In this document: positions 1 to 13,671 of the stretch, in pieces
How positions within the stretch are numbered: position 1 is the stretch's first letter
Layout of the letters: every line of letters begins with the position of its first letter
NCBI GenBank assembly: GCA_965112735.1
Contig: OZ218956.1
Coordinates: forward strand, 806,001 to 870,000
Source: Phaeosaccion multiseriatum
Lineage: Eukaryota > Protista > Ochrophyta, other classes
DNA: 64,000 nucleotides
Direction of reading: 5' to 3'
Made by a program: the position numbers and the translations under genes
The notes under the pieces: generated by a model
Told to the model about the DNA's origin: nothing
What the model saw: the letters and a program-made list of their open reading frames with translations, nothing else
Database searches by the model: none

Positions 1-3000
1 TGGCAACCATGCTTGCTGACAAGTTGGGTATTTATGCCCCGCCAGAAGCGCACTCTGCCTCCCAGGGTGGAGGCGGAGAGGACCCCTTCGAGGTCGACCT
101 CTTCCAGCGCACGCTACAGGTTCGTCCTCGACCCTCCCTTTTTTTGTTTCGGCCCCCAGATAGTAGTGTCCGGTTTAAGTCTCCCTCCCTTGCCTTTTGT
201 CTTGGCCAGGTGTCCCATGAAGAGGAGTGGGTCCGGCTTGCGGAGCTGGAGTCGGAGGAGCAAAGGACTCAGGCACTGTACGACTCTCTCCAGGTGAGGA
301 CCCACGCGCGCCACTGGAAACAAGATGATGTGTTGGTCATTCAGTGTCTCCTGTCTTGTTTGTTCCAGGTTGAAATTGCTGCCCGTGGGGATGAGGTCGA
401 TCGACTCGTGGATCTACGGGGTCGTCTGGAGGCGGAGAGGAAACAGCTGACTGAAGAGCACGTGCTGATGATGAGAGACTCGAGGGCAGCCAATAGGGAC
501 CTTAGCGTCGTGGAGAAACAGGTAAAGGCAACACATGGGGGAGGGAGGGGGGATGCTTTTCATGTGCACCGTCCTGTCAACCATGGGTCCCCACGCAAAC
601 GTCCTCCCATCTTTTGAAATGCAACGCAGATGCAGCACATGCGAAAGTTGAGGCAACGAGACATCCGCAACCAACTAGTCAGCCTGCAACAAAGCGTCGT
701 AGCGAGCCGCAAGCTTGCATCGGACGCAGAGGCTCAGTCCCTGGGGGTGGCCCAAGGCGTGGCTTCGCTCAGAGAACAGGGGAGGGAGGAGCGCCAGAGG
801 CTCGAAGGAATGAATAGCGGTCTAGGTAAGTCGAGGCTGGAACCTCTCTCCCTTTTGTCGGGTGTCCCAAAGGAAGGCAGAACTAAGCGCCTTCCACGAC
901 TTCCGCACATGCGATGCAGGCTCTCTGCCCCTTGTGGTGGGTCGCAGCATCACAAAGGTGCCACAGTCGAGTGGTCCATTGGCGGGCAGCAAGCCTCTGG
1001 CGGGTGGACTCCCGTCTGACGAAATGACGATGGTCATGCACGCTAGCAGGCTGGAGGTGGTAAAGGCCTCTGTTTCTGAAGCCTTGAAGATGCATTCTGC
1101 AATACTTGTGGGAGAGCGGACCGAATGGCTCTCGCTCATTGAGCGAGAGAACCGGAAGGACGACTTGGAGGCGACCCTGTCAAGGATGGCGGCGGCCTCC
1201 GAGCGCTTGAAGCTGCTCGGTGGAGAGGATGTCAAGGAGAAGCTCGTGAGGGCAGTCGCCTCCTTCAGCAGAGCGGGCGGGAAACGCCTCCTACACGATG
1301 CGGGAAAGGTAACTCAGGCGGTATCTCCCTTCCTCCCTCCCTTTTCTCCCGCCAGATGGTAAGAGAGCTCTTCCCTTTCGTCGTTCTGTGCCGCCCATGT
1401 CAACGACAGGTGATTCGAGGCGCCCTTCCGTGGTGGATGCATAGAGAAGTAAGCATGTGCGCAAATGTGGAGCGCTGGTGTCCAAAGGATGTGGAATCTG
1501 AGGTGCCCGAGGGGGTGGCCACGCAAGAGGAGAATGAAGGCATTCCCAAGAAGGCCGATGAGGAGGTAGGGGCTTTGGCGGGACATGTCGCGGCGGTGAA
1601 CGGAGCTGACCCGGCGAATCACGCGGAACGAATGCAAGGATGCAGGTGAGTGTTTGCTGAGTCATCTAACTGCGTTCGGTTCGCAGAGTCGTTTGTTTCG
1701 CCTTCTTCCTAACTTCTGCAGTAATATCTTCCTGCCTTTTGCCACAGTCTATCGCGCGCAAGCATGGGCTACATTACGGGCGTTGTGCCGCTGCCGAAGT
1801 TTGAGCTGTGGACCATCAGTCTCGCAGTCACGAGGAGGGACCTCTGCTCGGATGATTGTGGCGACCCAAATGACTGGGTCGGGGTCAAGCTCGGACCGAC
1901 CTTAGATCAGCTCGCCGAGGTGCGTCGAGTCCCGTCTGTGCACCTCTTGCAATGCCTATTGTCGCCCGAAACGTTCACTCCCACTTGTCTCTTTTGTTGT
2001 CAGGTCGCAATCGTAAAGAACATTGCGAACGAAGACTTGGGGTAAGCTCGCTTGTCTGTTTCTTCGGGAGTTGTTTTTGTCTTGAAGGCCACTGACACCA
2101 TCCTACCCCTCTCTGTCTACAGTGAGGTCCGACATGAAATTCGTCACACAGTGCGGTCCCAGCAGCTAGCGTACCGCTTTACCTTCTCCTCCAGCACGCC
2201 TACCCCGGGCATGCATTTGGCGGTCGAAGTTGGTCGGTTCAGCACCTTCTACCGCCCTCCCCTAGAGCAAAAGGGGAACCGCGTATTGAGCTCGTTCGTC
2301 TCTGAGCTCAAAATGCAGAAAGGCACTCAGAAACAGGTAGGAAAGAGCAGCACTGTCAACAAGCACCAGCCGCGTCTTGCACTCGTCCCTAATCCAGGCC
2401 CACTCTTGGATTGCTTGCGCACGAAAAGAGACATTTGGACCTCCTGGAGGATCTCATCCAGGCAGAAGCAGCCTTGTTGCAGGCTAAGGAGGAGGGGGGG
2501 GGCAGCGGCCGTAGGAAGGAAGCACTACCTTCTACCAAGGTCTCTTCGTGGGACAGCGCGTGCTTACATGGCGTTCCACAGCGATTTCCCATGGAAACCT
2601 TCATCAAGGTGGCCAAGGACGAGCTTGAGAATGGTAGCCACAGGCAAATGCAAGGCGACGGTGTCGATCTGACGCTTGTGTTCCAAAAGCTGCACGAGTC
2701 CGAGGTGGTGGGGGATATTTCGGAGGAGAACAAGCGGGAGGCCAAGCGAGAGAAGAAGATGCTTCTCAAGTCGTTGACCAAGGAAGACAAGAGGCTGTTG
2801 AAGGTGCTCAGATCGGAGTTTGAGTACAAGACGCGCAAGCGGGAGTCGCAGCGGCAGATGATCGAAGAGGCGAAAACGCTCAAGGTGAGGGGAAAGTGGA
2901 TGGAAGCACCTACAAATGGTCTTTGCTACATGCGTGTGGACTGAACTGAGAGGCCCTTCTCCTGCAAACCAACAGGGACAACACATCGAGGTCCACGATC

Positions 3001-6000
3001 CTGTGGACAATTACTGGCGTCGCTTGCTTGTGACGGACGTCAATGTGCGTTGGGGTGACAATGGCGTCAAAGCAGAGGTGACGCACGAGGTTCGGGACGT
3101 GGAAAAATGGACCCCCGTGGGGGACCCGATGGAGGTGAGTCTTTGCTACTACTAAAGAGGTACAGAAACCATAGATATACGTACATGTAAGCTCTTACGC
3201 CTTGAGCCCCCCAACAAGGTTGTATTGGACGATTTGAGATGGGCCAAATGCACCAAGAGCGACTTGGGCCCGGCCGAGCCTCGGTCCAAGCTGTCGACAG
3301 AGACTGGCGATGCCGAAGCTCCAGCCATGCGACCCGAGGCCTCCGAAGAGGTGCAGCGCATAGTGGATGCATATGAACAGGAGCAGGGGCGCTTACAGAA
3401 AGCAAGAAACGCGGAGGATAAGGCTTTCGTATTGGCGAAGCATTTCAAAGCGAAGCAGGCCAGGGACATGACTTTGAAGGAAATGAACACGCGTTTGGGC
3501 AGTGGAGAACACCTCCCAGCTGCCCAGACAGAGATCGAAAAGACTGCGCAGACCATCCTCAAGCAAGGGGAGAAGACAGACGCAGGGGAAGCTACAGCCT
3601 TGGCCCGGGAGCGCTACATTGATGAGCGTGTTCAGGCTGCGGTTGGGAGAGCGACTGCTCTTGCGAATGTAAAGAGCAAGGAGCTAGAAGCCGAAAGAGA
3701 ATTGGAGGATGAGAGACTGGCCAAAGTCTTTGAGGAGAAGCTTTCAGTAGTGGAACGGGAGGAGAAGGCGTGGATGGATATGGAGGCAATGCGAGTGGCA
3801 GCACGCAAGAAGAAAATGATGGCTGCTCGGCTCTTCATCCCTGGCCTTGCGGAGGTTGCGCAGCGCGCGATACATGTAGACACGAGCGGGGAAGGCCATT
3901 GCTTCCATCCACAGTGCAAGGCGTGGGGCGACGCTTACGGACATGGTGTGCGCTGCTTGACATGTGGAGCAGAGCTGATGATGCTACATGAGGACCCTCG
4001 TCAGCAGGCTGGCATCGGCTCTGGAGAAGATCCACACCTGACGGCCCTTGTGCGTCGCCATCGCCAGAACGGGCCTGCTTTTCGATTCAGCAACGGGCAA
4101 GAGCTGACGAAGGTGGAGGACGAGCGAACGAGACTTGAAAAGGAACGCTACTTGAGTATGAGGGATACAGATGCGCAATTTTACGATCATGACGACCCGG
4201 AGATGATATACTACTTCGATAGGAGGCACAAGTACTACATGAAGCAGCACGGCGTAATAAGGCAAGGAGTCTTGTGGAGAAAGGAGGAGCTGGAAAGCTG
4301 GATAGCTGCTCAGCAACAAGACGTGTCAGCAGCGACTTCTGGAGAGCCCGCCACGGAGAATAAGGAGGTCCTCCTCGACTGGTTCTCCAACTCTATCCGA
4401 GCGGGACCCTTGAGCTATCGCACCTATGATAGCCGAAGAAAGGCTCGTTTCAACGACATCCTCTTCCTCTTCAGCCGTATCATCAGCAGCAACAACCGCA
4501 TCAAGATCTTGAATGACTCCCGCTGGATATTGACGCGCGAGCGGGTGGCCTGTTGCCAGAAGCTGTCGTTGCTGCATAAAGAGGTTCGCGAGCTGGAGGT
4601 GTTTCTAGTGCTGGCGGGAAACGAGCTGGCGGAGAGCGACAGAATGAAGAGGATACGCGCTTCCGCACAGGGTAAGTGTCTGTCCTCCACATCTACATGT
4701 TTGGTACTTTGTGCCAGCAGAGACTCACTTTCCGTATTCAACTTGAATATCACAGAAAAGTACCAGCACTGGGAGACAGTACTGGCCGAGGCCATCAAGG
4801 GCATAAAGGAGGCCGAAATGGCGCTTGTCGGTCAGGAAACGTTGGCCGGTGAGGCGGAAGCGCACCTCAGGGATGTGACGAGGAGAGTGAGGGGCATGCT
4901 TACACACCGCTTGTACTCGACGAACCGGAAAATGGAGCTACATGACCTGTTGAAGCAGGCGATGCGAGAGCGGGCCAAGTCGAAGGCGGATGCGGCGAAA
5001 CGACGACTTGAGGTGGAGCAGTTTCGCTACACCAAGCGCTTCAGCCAAGTCCGCACCCCGTTTGGTGTGGGCATTGTACGGTCCTTTCGCCAGGCGGATG
5101 AGGTGCTGCGAGTGGAGCTGCCGTGGGGGAGTCCCAAGGTGGTCATGTACGTTCATGTGGAGCGTGTGTGGCAGCTAGAAAGGGGCTTCCAGCAAGCGGA
5201 GCAGGTCGCCATGGCGGCGGAGGATGCTTGGGCCAAGGAGCTTAGAGTCAAGAGAAGGCGCGAGCGAGCGGCGGAAAGAAAGGGAATGAGTGTGAGTGCG
5301 TGAAGGAGGGGCTCTGCTTGCTGTCGCTTCTTTCCTGCCCCACAGTAACACTAACTTACGTTGCCGCTCGTGTGAAATGCAGGCCGAGGAGGCGGTAACG
5401 CGCGACTTGATGGAGGCGGAGGGCCAAGTGGAGGCAGAGGAGCAGCTCGCCAGGCACACCGTGGAGGCGGCCAAGCAGGCGGCGCCCCTCGGCCTCAAGC
5501 TTCCCCAGGTGAAGCTGAAGATGGAGCAGTGGGTGGAGCACAAGCTCGACAAGGAGAGCAGCAGGAGACTCACCGCCCTGAGCAAGTACAAGGCCGACAT
5601 GAAGAAGAACGGGGGGAAGGGGGACCTCGGCGTGGACCTGGAAAAGCCCCCGGGGCCTCTTCGGGCGCTGGAGAGGGCGTGGCTGAGTAGGGAATATCGC
5701 ACGCAATTTCAAACCATCTTCGTCGACAAGCAGGTGCGTCTCTTGGGGAGCGAACCGGAAAAGGGATGGGTGGCGAAGCCTTCATTGACTCTGGCTACAC
5801 CCTCTTTGTCCTTTTGGCCGCCAACAGGTGGCCAGCGCCGAGGAGAGGGCCAAGCGCACCCTCAATTTTCAGATCAAGCAGCGGGCCTTAGCAGACACGC
5901 TGAGCGTCATTCTCAGAACCTATGTTGATGGCTTTCTGCGAGAATCAGCAAAAAGTGCTATCGAGGGTGGACTACGCGCCAAGACGAGGTATTGTTTGCG

Positions 6001-9000
6001 GAAATTGATTGTATGTGTATGATGTATGAAACCTACGCCGACTGAGCATATTCGCTTCTTTTTCGTGCGTGTGCTCTGCTCAGGATGGAGGATGAGACGG
6101 GCCTGGTCTTCCTCGACCCCCCCCACATGCAGTATGACATGTACATGGTGCACAGCAGGTGCGTCGCGCAAGCAACTCTGTGTTGTGCAAACACTACTCG
6201 CTGGTGACCCTCCCGCGTTTGGTCCTTTCACAGATGGGCCTTGGCCCGACGCGAGGATTTGGAACATCAAGTCGCGAAGTGGAGTATCATAATTGCAAAG
6301 GATCAAGAAAAATTCGAGGCGGAAAAGGAGAAAGTGAAAGCCACCTTGGTGAGTTTTCCCCGTGGCCACTTCATACCAAATCAAGCCCATGTTCTTTATT
6401 TACCCCTTATCTGTTTGATTGCTCCCCTCCTCTCAGCTGGAGAATGAGCGGACCCTCAGGGCTGATGAGCTCAAGCGTGCGCGTCTTGAGCTTTGTCGGG
6501 AAATGGGCCACGTGGAGGACGAATGTCGCCTCTTCTACATTCAAGAGTGGAAGTTGCGACTCAGAGAGAGGAGGGGCATGAATGAGGAGGAGAGGCGAAT
6601 GAAGCAGCTCCTTAAGATTGAGGAGGCAAAGGCGAGGGAAGAGCAGCGACAGCGAAATTTAATGCTGGCAGTCGCAGGGGGGCGTTCTGGAGCGGGTGCT
6701 GCAGGCGCGGGGGGGCGAGGAATGGGCCGCCAGGGCCTCGAGGGGGCGGGGGGGGGGGGCACGAGCTCAGGGCCAGGCGTAGATGTCCAAGAGGGGTACG
6801 CCAAGCGTGATGTGGCTACGATGAGGGAGCAGCGGAGGAAGGATATTAAGGGCGAAAAGGTGAGACACTGTTTCTAAAATGTTGTCTCGGGACGTGCATG
6901 CTGATCCCCCATTTCGCTCCTCACGCCTCTTTCGTGCCCGTTTCCAGCTGGAAATGCGAAGAGAAGCTGCAGAGAGGGAGAGAATGAGCAAAGAGGACGA
7001 CTACAGCAAGGCAGAAAACAACATTTTCAGAGACCAGCGGCTTCGATTGCAAGAGCAAAAGCGACAGATGGCAAAGCTGGCCAATGTTGTCAAGATGGAG
7101 CTCGGGCAGGCAGCGGGGGGCTTCGTTTCGGGCGGGCTCTTCGAGGGGGAGAAGGGTGGAGAGGGCATGTTCGAAGAGAACTACTTGTCCAGCGACGAGA
7201 GCGATATTGAAGAGAAGGACAGGGCCTTTGCGAAGGAGGCCGGCATCAAATTAAACGAGGACAGCGACGACACCGTCGAGAAGGATACGTCTTCCCCTCC
7301 ACAGTCTGCCGCGAGCGTAAGCGATGGGTTGCAAAAACTTGACAAGGATGGACAGGGAGGAAAGAACAGAACAAAGAGAAGGAGGAGGAAGAAGGTGTCC
7401 AAGACTGACCCGGACAAGGATAGGGAGGCAGCAGATGCGGGGATCGGCAAACAGGGAAAAGAAGGGTACTCAGGAGGGCCTGGCGGTGAGAACGGAGGAG
7501 CAGAGTCGGATGATTCGACTGAGGGAGAAGGGAGCTCTTCAGATGGCACGGATGGCGAAAGCGACACGTCGGGGGATGATCTGTCCGTGGGCACGAATAG
7601 CTCGGCCGGCGGAAGAAGTGCCACGCGGGCGCAGTCCAGGACAAGGTGGGAAGGGGGGGGGGTCGAAGGCGACAGCGATGAGAGTAGCGAAGACGACATG
7701 TGTTTAAGCCCCGAAGAGCTCGCACGAAAGAAGGCTGCGAAGGCAAAAACGCGGAAGAAGCCCCAGTCGGTCGCGGTAAGTTAGTGACATATACTGTGCC
7801 GCTATCTGTGGTACATTCTAGCTTAGCCTCCCTCACCCCCCCGCACCCCCCTCTCCTCTTACCTTTTAGAAGAGGACCTTCGAGACGGAAGAGGAAGCTC
7901 AGATGACCGAACTTCGAGAGACAGTCGAAGGTCGGGTTCGTCGAAAACTCAAACGATCGATTTACCGGCACGTCAAGAGGCAGAGGAGAAGGAAGGAGAT
8001 CCAAGAAGCCCAAGAGGAGCAAGCGGCCTTGCGGCTGGAGCAGGACAACAAAGTCGCCAGCATGGAGCAGGTGGGGTGGACTGGGCTTGCATCTCTCTCC
8101 TCGCCCCCCCCCCCTCCTAATGCTGTATGTGATTGATTGAACATTTCCCCCCCCCCCGCTCCGAATACTAGGCCCGCACCGAGCTGCAGTATCTCGTGGC
8201 CGAGGAGAGGACCAAGAGCATTGGGAAGGGCCTGGGAAGAGAGACTAAGAACTTTAGGAAATTGGATCTGTTTTGCCAGATTGGCAGCCAGCAAGAGTCG
8301 TCCGCCAAGCTCGTTGCCGCCGCGAGAAGGATCCATGCAGACAAATGCACTCAGCTGCACGCAGAGGCCGTTCGCTGGCGAAGCCAGTGTTTTGAAAATG
8401 TGAGTTGAGAGCATAATAAAGGGTGTGTTGGGGTGTAGCGTTTTGTGGGGCAGGCGGAATATTCATTCATCCGCGTCTCCGCTCATTCCAGGAACATCGC
8501 GCGCTCAAGTGGCGAGACAGAGTGTCTCGTGAGACCAAATTCTTCCATGGTCGAGCTCTGACAGGCGTTTGGCAGCGGTGGGAGACGGACTGGATTCATC
8601 CCAAGCTCTACGATCTCTACTTTCGCAGCATCGTCAACATCATTGTTGCGAAAGCAGAGCTGGTGGCAAACGAGCGAAGAATGATGCGCTGTCACGACCA
8701 ACTAGTACGCAATGAAGACACCATCGAGGAGAAGGTACGTGCTGTGCACTTGCAGATGGTGTGTCATGCTTACCCAGCCGACCTTAGGGATTAATGACAC
8801 CACTCTTTCGATCAACACCTCCAGGAGAGGCTTGTGAGTCGACTTTGGAAAGACCATCGAAGGAGTGAGCTTCTGCACCTGCGTCGAAGCGAGCTGGGAA
8901 GAAAAATATTTGGCCTAAGTCAGCGCCGCTTGCTCGAGAGGGTCTGGGAAGGATGGGTGAAGTTCAGGGTGTGGCGAACGGGAGTGACAGAAGCTTTTGA

Positions 9001-9852
9001 GGTACGTTTCGAGATTATTCCCTCTCCTCTGTCCTCGCGTCGCTTGGACCTAGCTACATGACTTGAGAGTCTTTATTTCCACCAACTCAAATGGAAACAC
9101 CCCCCACGTGTTGATCTTTCTCAGCTCAAGTACAGCACCATCAAGCAAGAGGCGGACCTGGGAAGAGTATATCCCGAAACACGAGATGGACAGGAACGGC
9201 TCGAGACCACAGTGTCGTCCAATGGTGGCCTCGACAAGGTGAATGGCACGCTTTCCCAGCCAACTGACTAAAGGTCAATATGTGTGCAAGGTTTTGTTCC
9301 TAAACCCCCTTGTATCTGTTTCTGCTGCTTGTCCTGCTCCCTTCCCGTCCCCCCTTCTTAATTTAGCCGACGGTACCCAAGTCACTGCTGCAGCGCTTCA
9401 AGGAACGCCCCATTCAGTGTCGGTTCTGTCACCAGCTGTACCTGCAATCGCAAAACAACGACTCTGCTTGCTCGTATCACGATGGGGAGTACATTCTTGC
9501 ATGCCCGAAAACATGCGTCGGTTTGAGCACCAAGTGCATGAGCCACCGAGTCAAGCGTTGGACCTGCTGTGACGTCAGGGAAGAGGGGACACGCGGAAGT
9601 ACTGGCTGCCAGAGGAGATTCCACATGGGTCCCGTTGGAGGGGATCCAGGTGTTGTGAGTTTCGTCGAGCGCCAAAGACAAGAAGATGCTGTTGAATTGC
9701 TGAAGTTTGACACCGAGCTAGCGAAAGCAGACGGCAGGAACTTGGGCCACGCCGTCCACCAGGCACGGCAGGCGCAGCTGGGGGTCATCCAACAGGCTTT
9801 GGCGAAGGAACGCGATATCGTCAAGCGCTTTGAGCAGTTGAAGCTCGTGTGA
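1..9852 (+). CDS. Large multi-exon gene (5' end probably outside the window) for a coiled-coil-rich protein with an acidic low-complexity region and a C-terminal Cys/His zinc-binding motif
   Basis: Successive + strand coding segments rich in E/K/R/A/L, separated by ~70-110 bp GT..AG introns with pyrimidine tracts (e.g. 120-209, 294-368, 522-629). Long exons lie in ORFs 3225-5303 and 6879-7784, and the stop TGA is at 9850-9852. Not every exon boundary was resolved, and two adjacent genes cannot be excluded. Confidence 0.75.
9418..9624 (+). other. CHORD/Btk-like zinc-binding motif in the last exon
   Basis: The translation CRFCHQLYLQSQNNDSACSYHDG...RWTCC...STGCQRRFH matches the C-x2-C-x13-C-x-YH-x-G...W-x-CC...GC-x4-H pattern, with an extra CPKTC..C..H insert. 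Confidence 0.55.
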
Positions 9853-9905
9853 AAGATTGAGAACAAGCTGGAGCGAGCAAAAAGGTCGCATTCTCGCCCT
9901 GCGAA

Positions 9906-11244
9906 CGCTGCCTCCGCAGCGAAGCCACGGAAGTTCTGTTCCACAGGTATTGAGAGCCGAGGAGGAGGGGTGGAGCGTGAACGCGTGTGTGGACCCCGAG
10001 GGTGAAAGTATGATAGAATATGTATGTGGCAGCAGATGGAAAACAGCGGCTCTGCTGCTCGAGCTCAGAAGAGGAGGAGCCCTGCTGTACTAGCTACCCT
10101 ACCGTGACTGAAGGAGACTGAGAGCAGGTACGGGTGTGTATAAGCATGCAGGGAGGAGAGTAGGGACCAATATGGTGTAGGAAAGTAAGGATCGCAGTAG
10201 CTAGGGCCCGACTGCTTCTCGATCTTGTGAAGGTGCTGTCCTACTAGTGTCATGCTAACTGTCGCAAACACAAGAGGTGCCCCCAATGCTAACTGTTGCA
10301 AGGGCTTGCGCTACGCACACGCATCTAGTAGAAGTTTGAGACCCTTGGACGCGGACTTGCTAACAAGATTGTGCTCACGTCCGCTGCTTCAGCAGCGGAG
10401 CCAGTGAGTGGAGGACAGACGAAGACTACATTTTCACTCATCACGATGTTGCCTTCGCAGATGGAGCGAGTCGGAGCTACACGGGGCAAGAGGCGCTTGC
10501 CGCGATGGAGGAGGGAGTGGAGCTGTGCCGCGTCACTCTCGTCTTCACTGGTATAGCAAGACTGACACACTTTCCGGAGAGGAAAAGTGCGGACGCATGA
10601 GCAGACGGGTGTCGCCTGCTTGTGTCCAGTGGAGGCTGCCCTGGAGGCTGTGCGCTGCCATTACCGACGAATGGAGCAGGAGCGGGAGGCGGCCTTCTTT
10701 CCTCCTATGTGGCGAGTCGGGGAGGAGGAATAAGTGCATCACCTCCCACCAAATCAGCAAGGCACTGCATGAAGGGGGGAGTTCACAGATTGATAGAGAC
10801 CCAGCACGCATCTCGTCCCACTCACTGAGGAGCGGCGGGGCTACGGCGTTGGCAGCAAGCGGCGCTGACTGCGGCTCCTCCAGTTTTGGGGCAGGTGGGC
10901 TTCGGCCACGGCCTTTCGTCGTACGCGCACCGCACGGTGCGTGGAGGAGGCTCGGGGCTGGGCAGGGCGCATGCTGCATATGCCGACACGGCTGCGCCCT
11001 GAGGACTTTCGGTGAATGGGGGATGAGCGGTTCCTCTGAACCGCTGCCCCCAAAGGCCCGTGCTCGCCCCTGTCAGGGGAGCGACACGCCGGAGACACTG
11101 TGTGCCCCGAGGTGAGTCCCTCTCAGGACTGCACTCCTCATGAAAGGTTTATCCCCCAGCATTGGCGACGACTGGATGAGGAGGAGCGAGGTCTCTCAAT
11201 GGGTACCCAGTTTGGATGGAGCGCAACGACTGCAGTGCGAGAAC
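9906..11244 (+). mobile_element. Degenerate, internally deleted family-1 YR retrotransposon (A repeat, second A start at ~10382 fused to the YR 3' half, B repeat 11018-11244)
   Basis: Diverged homology to 13161-13620 (A), to 18418-19635 (YR) and to 58171-58391 (B). Confidence 0.85.
10403..11002 (+). pseudogene. Frameshifted tyrosine recombinase fragment
   Basis: Encodes SKTD and RISSHSLRSGGATALAASGA, with indels relative to 18418-19635. It lacks the MITE, so it shows the empty site tgtgccgcgtca|ctctcgtc. Confidence 0.85.
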
Positions 11245-11450
11245 AGCCAGCCAAGCCGCAGATTGGGCCTTCTGCGCCCATGCTAGTATGCCTCGCTTGG
11301 CGCTGCTGTTATTGCAACGTAGTGTACACCAACGTTGGGTGTGAGTCTACCGTATCAGGCCATGGCCATTGCACTGCCCGGCGCGGTGTCATTGTGTTGG
11401 CCAGCAAACGCCTCAGTCGGGTCGTTCGTGGCCCGTTTTGGGCCTGTTAA
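11245..11450 (-). repeat. Highly diverged, inverted monomer of the 187-bp satellite
   Basis: agattgggcc..cttggcgctg..gtagt..tgcccgg..tggccagcaaacgc..gtcggg is colinear with the reverse complement of the satellite monomer. Confidence 0.7.
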
Positions 11451-11465
11451 GCCCAGCCGCGCCTC

Positions 11466-11810
11466 GCGAGCACCGGCCTTATTGGGGGCAGCAGTTCAGA
11501 GGAACCGCTCCCCCCCCTCCTTAGTACTAAATACTAAATAAGCTATATAATCTAGATGGGTGGGTGGGTGGAGAAAGAAAAAGCTTAGGCTACATTGTAG
11601 ACGTGACCACACCAATCTTACTAGCACGTCAGGCCAAGGCTCTCAAAACCTTGCTAGACGCGGGTGCGTAGCGCAAGCCCTTGCAATAGTAACCGCTAGC
11701 ATTGAAGGCACCTCGTATTGTGTTTGCAACCGTTCGCATTACACAAGTTAAGTGTGTATTAGCTTTCCTTTATCTATTTCTCACTTTCCTATCTATCCTC
11801 CTCCTGCGAC
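11466..11810 (-). mobile_element. Inverted degenerate fragment of a family-1 element right end (A 3' part, CCAC/TTTAG spacer, start of B)
   Basis: The reverse complement matches the A-spacer-B junction at 61420-61700 (gcaagggcttgcgctacgcac; ccacccacccacccatctagatta; gagcggttcctctgaac). Confidence 0.8.
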
Positions 11811-11884
11811 ATGCCGTTCATATGAGGCGTACGTTCCCCAACTGGCGGCAATCCGGATTCGAATATGCCAAGCACCTTTGAGAC

Positions 11885-13160
11885 TCAACAAAAGCCCAGC
11901 CGGCATTAATGGGACACACACAGCCCGACCGACGCGTTTGCTGGCCATAACATGCCCACGCCGTGCATTGGCTCAGCACAACAGGCCCAACTGAGATACT
12001 ACATTGCCACAACAGCGCCAAGTGGGGCCTTGGATGGGCTCAAATGGCCCAATCTGGCTCTGTGCTGGGATCAGAAAAGCCCAAAGCCCGAACAACGCGT
12101 TTGCTGGCCACAACATGCCCACGCCGGGCATTGGCTCAGCACAACAGGCCCAACTGAGATACTACATTGCCACAACAGCGCCAAGTGGGATGGGCTCAAA
12201 TGGCCCAATCTGGCTCTGTGCTGGGATCAAGACAGCCCAAAGCCCGCATTTGTGGGGCACACGCAGCCCGAACGACGCGTTTGCTGGCCACAACATGCCC
12301 ACTCCGGGCATTGGCTCAGCACAACAGGCCCAACTGGGATACTACATTGCCACAACAGCGCCAAGTGGGGCCTTGGATGGGCTCCAATGGCCCAATCTGG
12401 CTCTGTGCTGGGATCAAAAAAGCCCAAAGCCCGCATTTGTGGGCCACACACAGCCCGAACAACGCGTTTGCTGGCCACAACATGCCCACGCCGGGCATTG
12501 GCTCAGCACAACAGGCCCAACTGAGATACTACATTGCCACAACAGCGCCAAGTGGGGCCTTGGATGGGCTCAAATGGCCCAATCTGGCTCTGTGCTGGGA
12601 TCGAAAAAGCCCAAAGTCCGCATTTGTGGGGCACACACAGCCCGATCAACGCGTTTGCTGGCCACAACATGCCCACGCCGGGCATTAGCTCAGCACAACA
12701 GGCCCAACTGAGATACTACATTGCCACAACAGCGCCAAGTGGGGCCTTGGATGGGCTCAAATGGCCCAATCTGGCTCTGTGCTGGGATCAAAAAAGCCCA
12801 TAGCCCGCATTTGTGGGGCACACACAGCCCGAACGACGCGTTTGCTGGCCGCAACATGCCCACGCCGGGCATTGGCTCCGCACAACAGGCCCAACTGAGA
12901 TACTACATTGCCACAACAGCGCCAAGTGGGGCCTTGGATGGGCTCAAATGGCCCAGGGCACACACAGCCCGAACGACGCGTTTGCTGGCCACAACATGCC
13001 CACGCCGGGCATTGGCTCAGCACAACAGGCCCAACTGAGATACTACATTGCCACAACAGCGCCAAGTGGGGCCTTGGATGGACTCAATTGGCCCAATCTG
13101 GCTCTGTGCTGGGATCAGAAAAGCCCAAAGCCCGAGCAACGCGTTTGCTGGCCACAACAT
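11885..13160. repeat. 187/163-bp satellite, ~7 monomers, array edge (more diverged, with deletions)
   Basis: Tandem copies of ...gcgtttgctggccacaacatgccc...gccaagtggggccttggatgggctcaaatggcccaatctggctctgtgctgggatc... Confidence 0.95.
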
Positions 13161-13671
13161 CGCTGCTTCAGCAGCGGAGCCACGGAAGTTCTGTTCTCGC
13201 AGAGTGGAGTCGACGGAGAAACAGGGTATTGAGAGCCGAGGGGTAGGGTATGGAGCGTGGGCGCGTGTGTGGACCCCGAGGGGGGTTTAGGATAGAAATA
13301 TATATGGCAGCAGATGGAAAAGCAGTGTTCTCTGCTGCTCGAGCTCAGAAGAGGAGGAGCCCTGCTGCACTCGCCACCCTACCGTGATTGAAGGAGATCG
13401 AGAGCAGGTACGCGGGGGTGTGGGCAAGCAGGGAGGAGAGTAGAGACGGTGGTGTAGGAAAGCAAGGATCGCAGTAGGGCCCGACTGCTTCTCTTGTGAG
13501 GGTGAAGATGCTGTGTGCTTACTTGTGTCATGCTAACAGTTGCAAACACAAGATGTGCCCCCAATGCTAACAGTTGCAAGGGCTTGCGCTACGCACACGC
13601 ATCTAGTAGAAGTTAGAGACCCTTAGCCTGGTGTGGTATGGAGCTCTCACCGGGCAAAAGGTTTTTTCTTT
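13161..13671 (+). repeat. Split direct repeat A (family 1)
   Basis: Homologous to 55717-56241, 58392-58916, 61067-61591 and 9906-10350. Begins with the hairpin cgctgc-ttca-gcagcg. Confidence 0.9.
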
